Below are positions 60,140 to 64,000 of a stretch of 64,000 nt of DNA, one piece after another. The DNA is from Flavobacteriales bacterium (GTDB lineage: Bacteria; Bacteroidota; Bacteroidia; UBA10329): positions 1,156 to 65,155 of the forward strand of contig JAIPBM010000023.1 in NCBI GenBank assembly GCA_021739695.1, in the 5' to 3' direction. Below the pieces are notes generated by a model that saw only the letters and a program-made list of their open reading frames with translations, was not told the DNA's origin and searched no databases. Made by a program: the position numbers and the translations under genes. Numbering within the stretch: the stretch's first letter is position 1; each line of letters starts with the position of its first letter.

Positions 60140-60873
60140 TGTGCTGGCATTTTCATTTTTTCGTTCGTCTGTTCTGTAATTCGTCTATTTCTTGATTTAA
60201 TAAACTCCATTACTCGGCTTTTGTAAACCAAATACTCGTCAATGACAGCAAAGGCTGGTTTTGATTTAAAGTTGTCAAACGGCAGATAGAACTTGATGTT
60301 TTGGTTTTCGTCAATAAGGTCATCAAGCAAGAAAAATTGAACATATCCTTCAAAGTTGTCAAACAGATTGAAGAAGCTTTCGTACCTCAAGAAGGTGTCG
60401 TAAAGGGGGCTTTCTTGTCCCAAATAGAATAAGCGAATACACTCTAATGTAAGGTCAAATCTGTCGTCAATGAAGCTATTTACTCCTCTTGCTTGATTGA
60501 TGGTGAATTTGTTGTCAATCTTGTTTTTCGGAAATACGGTGTATGCCCCGATTGTGCTTCCTGTATCAAAAAGCTCGTCAACCTCATTTGGGATTTGCTT
60601 TGTAAGCCAATGTTTCCGTTTCTGGTTTCTGTATGAGTGAGTTATTGCGTCACTACCCAAGATAAATTCTCCTAAAGATGACTTGTGATATAGGTAGGTA
60701 CCTTGTCTATTGTCGGTTAATTCGAAATGCTGTCCGCTTGGCAAAGGTTTACTCCATAGGATTTTGTGGTATCTCCTCAATGTCGGACTTGTACTGTCTG
60801 GGTCACCACCTCTTGCGTCAGAGTAAAAATTGAAGTCTATGTCGATTTGCGTTGTCATTTTTTGCTTGCACAC
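60112..60873 (-). CDS. hypothetical protein (cassette-like ORF; probable ATG start at 60858)
   Basis: 253-aa ORF, no recognisable domain. The stop codon lies inside the downstream palindromic element. Confidence 0.45.
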   Translation of the reverse strand: MCKQKMTTQIDIDFNFYSDARGGDPDSTSPTLRRYHKILWSKPLPSGQHFELTDNRQGTYLYHKSSLGEFILGSDAITHSYRNQKRKHWLTKQIPNEVDELFDTGSTIGAYTVFPKNKIDNKFTINQARGVNSFIDDRFDLTLECIRLFYLGQESPLYDTFLRYESFFNLFDNFEGYVQFFLLDDLIDENQNIKFYLPFDNFKSKPAFAVIDEYLVYKSRVMEFIKSRNRRITEQTNEKMKMPAHNNCYVNRA

Positions 60874-60998
60874 AACGTTTGCCGCTAAAGATAATGCGTT
60901 AGAAACTGCCGTCCTTTCGCCATGCGCAGAGAGCGCAGAACGAAATTGAGACTGACTGACGTACTGTCGCGAGCATTAGGTTTAGTGGTTGTTGGCAA
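60872..60998 (-). repeat. attC-like imperfect palindromic element, variant A copy 1 (~127 bp)
   Basis: About 90% identical to copies at 62467..62589 and 63211..63335. Termini CAACGTTTGCCGCTAAAG ... TTTAGTGGTTGTTGGCAA form an imperfect inverted repeat with asymmetric spacers. Contains the stop codon of ORF 60982..62469. Confidence 0.55.
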
Positions 60999-62469
60999 AT
61001 CGTTGTTTCTCCCAGATATAAACACCACCAGCTACCTTGTCGTCATTAATTCGTTCGAAACGAGAGCCGATAATTGCTCTGTCGTTTTCCATATCTACTG
61101 AAAATCCGAACTTGAGCCAACTTCTTTCCTGCACTGAGGTAAGTTTTTCAAGTTCTTTCCATCTGCCATTGGGAGTCAACTGAAAAACATAGGCGGCTCC
61201 GTGATAAAGTGCTTCTGCTGGGTCAGTGTTTTCCAATGCATCTGCAAATGCACCAACGATTAGCAAGCTGTCGTGAGCGCTTAAACACATTCCGAATTTA
61301 TCGTCAGCACCACGGTCAGAAGCAGTAATTTCCTGAGAAACTTTCCACATGCCATCCGCATCTTTCTCATACACAAAGACAGAACCAGCCCCAGCCTTTC
61401 TTTCTTCATGCTGCTCCCACGTTTCAACCCTCACGGCTTCTTCTCTGAATTTCTCTTTCGTAATATTCATTGATTCTAAAGTAGAAGGGTCGTTGGGAAT
61501 CAGTTCGATTGCCATCTGATAACCATCATCTGTCTCGGTCATTATGCGCATCACAAAAACCGAATCTGTTGCTGGCAGTGTATCTATATCGAATAGCTTA
61601 TAGCTGGTTTCTCCTTCGGCACCAACAAAGAGATAGTCGTCTGTCACGCAAACAGAACTTGCAAAGTGCCTTACACTGCTATTAGGACTGACCAGTTTCT
61701 GCTTGAAAACAGCTTTCAGACTCTCATCTAGATCATAGAGGTACGCACTATTGCTCTGTGCTGCGGTAATCAGGACGTGGCGGTCAGACATGGAAATCGA
61801 ATAACCGAAATTTTTAACGCCTTCAGGCGGCTGTATTTGGTCTCTCTGAATCCACTTGCCATTATCAGTCAACTGATAAATGAACACCGTACCTGAGGTT
61901 GAAGGGTTTTCACCGCGCTTGTACATGTGGGCAGAAACGATGAGTTTACCATTCTGCAACATGAGATTCTTTCCGAAATTATCGCTTTGGGATGGAGAAG
62001 GAATGGTAAGCGTCTGTGTTAATTTCCAAATTCCATCAGCGCCTTTCTCGTACATGAATACAGCCCCTTCCCTGATTCTATGCTCACCGTCATCATCCAC
62101 TTGATCGAAGCCGTTGGCTCCAACCGCTAAATGGTTTCCGTTGATGCTCACCGCTGTTCCGAACCAATCATTTGCTTTAGGGTAGGGTGCGGTTAGCTGT
62201 TGTGATTCCTTCCATGTTCCGGTAGTTGTTCGTTGAAAAACATAAACCGCACCTGCGTTTACAATCGTGTCCTTGTTAACAGCAATTTGATAATGGGGTG
62301 CGCCAGACACGGCTTGATCTTTCGAAATACTGGTAGACCAACCTATTACCTCACCTTCTTGTCTGTTGGTGTCGTCCAATTTTTGAAATGTTCCTTGGGC
62401 ATGGCAGGAGCCGAGATAGAGGAAGAATAAAATAAAGTGTGATAAAAGCTTCATTACAATGTTTGCCAA
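60982..62469 (-). CDS. secreted FG-GAP/integrin-alpha-like beta-propeller repeat protein (probable ATG start at 62454)
   Basis: Signal peptide (LLSHFILFFLYLGSCHAQG); repeated GAVYVF...W...FG.AVSI.GN.L.VGA units. Confidence 0.6.
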   Translation of the reverse strand: MANIVMKLLSHFILFFLYLGSCHAQGTFQKLDDTNRQEGEVIGWSTSISKDQAVSGAPHYQIAVNKDTIVNAGAVYVFQRTTTGTWKESQQLTAPYPKANDWFGTAVSINGNHLAVGANGFDQVDDDGEHRIREGAVFMYEKGADGIWKLTQTLTIPSPSQSDNFGKNLMLQNGKLIVSAHMYKRGENPSTSGTVFIYQLTDNGKWIQRDQIQPPEGVKNFGYSISMSDRHVLITAAQSNSAYLYDLDESLKAVFKQKLVSPNSSVRHFASSVCVTDDYLFVGAEGETSYKLFDIDTLPATDSVFVMRIMTETDDGYQMAIELIPNDPSTLESMNITKEKFREEAVRVETWEQHEERKAGAGSVFVYEKDADGMWKVSQEITASDRGADDKFGMCLSAHDSLLIVGAFADALENTDPAEALYHGAAYVFQLTPNGRWKELEKLTSVQERSWLKFGFSVDMENDRAIIGSRFERINDDKVAGGVYIWEKQRFANNH

Positions 62470-62589
62470 CGGTTTCCGCTAAAGATAATGCGTTAGAAAC
62501 TGCCGTCCTTTCGCCATGCACGGACAGCGCAGAACGAAACTGAGACTGACTGACGTACGGTCGCACGCATTAGATTTTAGCGGTTGTTG
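62467..62589 (-). repeat. attC-like imperfect palindromic element, variant A copy 2
   Basis: CAACGGTTTCCGCTAAAGATAATGCGT ... ACGCATTAGATTTTAGCGGTTGTTGGCAA. Contains the stop codon of ORF 62577..63197 and ends ~12 bp before the next ORF's ATG. Confidence 0.55.
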
Positions 62590-63197
62590 GCAATTGTAAT
62601 TTCTTTTCCGTCCCCGACTTCCAAAACAAGAAGAACCGCGATAATGTCAGGAATGATTAGAAAGCCGTACATGGTCGTGCTTAGTTCACCGTACCAATAA
62701 GGAGCTGCAAACATTAGAACAGCGCTGTAAACAAACATTAAAACAAACGCTGCTATCGAACCTTTCGCCCATTGTTTCATACGGATAAAGCGAGAATTTA
62801 AGTCGTCCGATTTTGCCCTAAGAATTAAAACCACCATAGCAATTCCTAAGAAAGCCGAAAGAATTTCAACGGCAGTCGAGCCAACCTGAGGGAGAAAGTC
62901 CGAAAACCTTGAACCAATCCCCAAAAGCTGGTAGATGATTTCGACAAACAAATTAAGTTTTGTGACTAGCACCAATTTGTCCAAGCGGTTATAAGCAAAG
63001 TAGTCTATAAAGAACTTATAGATGTAAACAGTACAAAGGATACTACCAATCGTGATGAACGACCATTGTACATCGTCAGGCTTTCCAGTTTTGATATATA
63101 GAAATTCAAGTGCGATGAATATTGTATTCACAATACTGTAACCAAAAGCAAAAAGCAAAAGGTTTCTCCTTTCTGATGTGATTGAAAATGTGTCCAT
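62577..63197 (-). CDS. hypothetical polytopic membrane protein (cassette-like ORF)
   Basis: 206 aa, ~6 TM helices. C-terminal residues ...IANNR and the stop codon are encoded by the repeat. Confidence 0.45.
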   Translation of the reverse strand: MDTFSITSERRNLLLFAFGYSIVNTIFIALEFLYIKTGKPDDVQWSFITIGSILCTVYIYKFFIDYFAYNRLDKLVLVTKLNLFVEIIYQLLGIGSRFSDFLPQVGSTAVEILSAFLGIAMVVLILRAKSDDLNSRFIRMKQWAKGSIAAFVLMFVYSAVLMFAAPYWYGELSTTMYGFLIIPDIIAVLLVLEVGDGKEITIANNR

Positions 63198-63210
63198 TTT
63201 TTATAATTGC

Positions 63211-63335
63211 CAACGGTTGCCGCTAAAGATAATGCGTTAGAAACTGCCGTCCTTTCGCCATGCACGGACAGCGCAGAACGAAACTGAGACTGACTGACGT
63301 ACGGTCGCACGCATTAGGTTTAGTGGTTGTTGGGG
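63211..63335 (-). repeat. attC-like imperfect palindromic element, variant A copy 3
   Basis: Near-identical to copy 2 as far as GTTGTTGG, then diverges (GGTTAG vs CAA), as expected for a recombination crossover point. Confidence 0.55.
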
Positions 63336-63375
63336 TTAGTTTTTTATTTCCAAGTTTCTATTGACCTTGAATAAC

Positions 63376-63885
63376 TCACAAGATTTCAGGGCGTTGTTTC
63401 ACAGGGTTGAACGGTTGAATTGTCTTATGAATCGGTACATCTTTAAGGCTTTCAATTTCCTTTTCAACAAAGGGAGTTACCAGATTTGTGATAATAATGT
63501 CAGGCCTGTTGTTTTTCAGATGAACCTGCGCAAAATGGTAAGTTGACATACTCAAGAAATGAATGTGCGACCGAGCTTTAATGGCGGCAGACATATTTAA
63601 GGTAATTCGGTCTATCTCATTCGCATAGATAAGTGTCTCATTTCCGGTTGACGTCCTTACCTGTATTGCTCTGGAACTTATACTGAATTCAACCCCTTTG
63701 TTTAATTCATAGTATTGCCAATGAAGGTAAATTGTCGGTGCTGCATCCAATATCGCTATCACACCTAGACTCAATGCAATGCCAACATCAAATCCTGAAA
63801 GAATAATGACTACCGCAAGGATTACGTTATGAAATATGAACACTCCTAGAGCTTCAAACTGATTTTTCTTCGTAATCCTAAGCAT
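63376..63885 (-). CDS. hypothetical membrane-anchored protein (2 N-terminal TM + ~100-aa soluble domain)
   Basis: ORF only; possible bacterial PH-like domain. Confidence 0.4.
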   Translation of the reverse strand: MLRITKKNQFEALGVFIFHNVILAVVIILSGFDVGIALSLGVIAILDAAPTIYLHWQYYELNKGVEFSISSRAIQVRTSTGNETLIYANEIDRITLNMSAAIKARSHIHFLSMSTYHFAQVHLKNNRPDIIITNLVTPFVEKEIESLKDVPIHKTIQPFNPVKQRPEIL

Positions 63886-63953
63886 TCCTAAAACCCAATC
63901 CTATCTTCTAATAAACAAGTTCCATTTAGTCAAAAACATTGATTAAGAAACCC

Positions 63954-64000
63954 AATTTTCAAGATGCGCCAAAATTAACCCCAACGGGTTACTGCTATGA
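63954..64000 (-). repeat. start of a further attC-like element (variant-B-like terminus), truncated by window end
   Basis: CCCCAACGGGTTACTGCTATGA resembles the 60016 terminus CCCAACGGTTTCCGCTATGA. Confidence 0.35.

Noticed and set aside
62351-62566. 71-aa ORF MRPYVSQSQFRSALSVHGERTAVSNALSLA... (and its twin at 63128..63310)
   Set aside because: Both ORFs lie entirely inside copies of the palindromic intergenic repeat and share near-identical sequence only because the repeat does. They are repeat-derived, not genes.

Overview
This 64-kb window looks like a Flavobacteriia-type Bacteroidota chromosome. The evidence is the RpsA N-terminal acidic extension, an aryl-polyene/flexirubin-type gene set, three proteins with T9SS C-terminal sorting domains, and TAnnTTTG-like promoter motifs. 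From the 5' end the window holds: the tail of an aryl-polyene/flexirubin-like fatty-acid-synthase-type cluster (KAS, KAS-like/CLF, NodB deacetylase, LolA-like, FabZ-like dehydratase, GT2-DUF2062); core housekeeping genes (tag, ispH, cmk, ispE, fadH, rpoN, asnS, rpsA, pyrR-pyrB); a DUF4856-imelysin-HTTM-TonB-receptor locus; and an accessory stretch (TerB-like-FHA-ABCG transporter, Ntn-hydrolase acylase, 722-aa B12-binding radical SAM protein, LamG and Calx-beta T9SS cargo proteins, a TPR-His_kinase/LytTR pair, a membrane-tethered LytTR regulator, and a solitary N6-adenine MTase). The most unusual structure is at the 3' end, 59.0 kb to the window edge. It is a same-strand array of unrelated small hypothetical genes, each followed by a ~125-bp imperfect palindromic repeat (four full copies of two sequence variants, plus one copy cut by the window edge). 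The repeats share conserved termini (CAAC...CCGCTA / TAGCRG...GTTGTTG) around variable centres, and each overlaps the stop codon of the upstream ORF. This is the architecture of an integron gene-cassette array (attC-like sites, or CALIN). The integrase, if there is one, lies beyond coordinate 64000. No rRNA, tRNA, CRISPR array, transposase or integrase gene was recognised inside the window.
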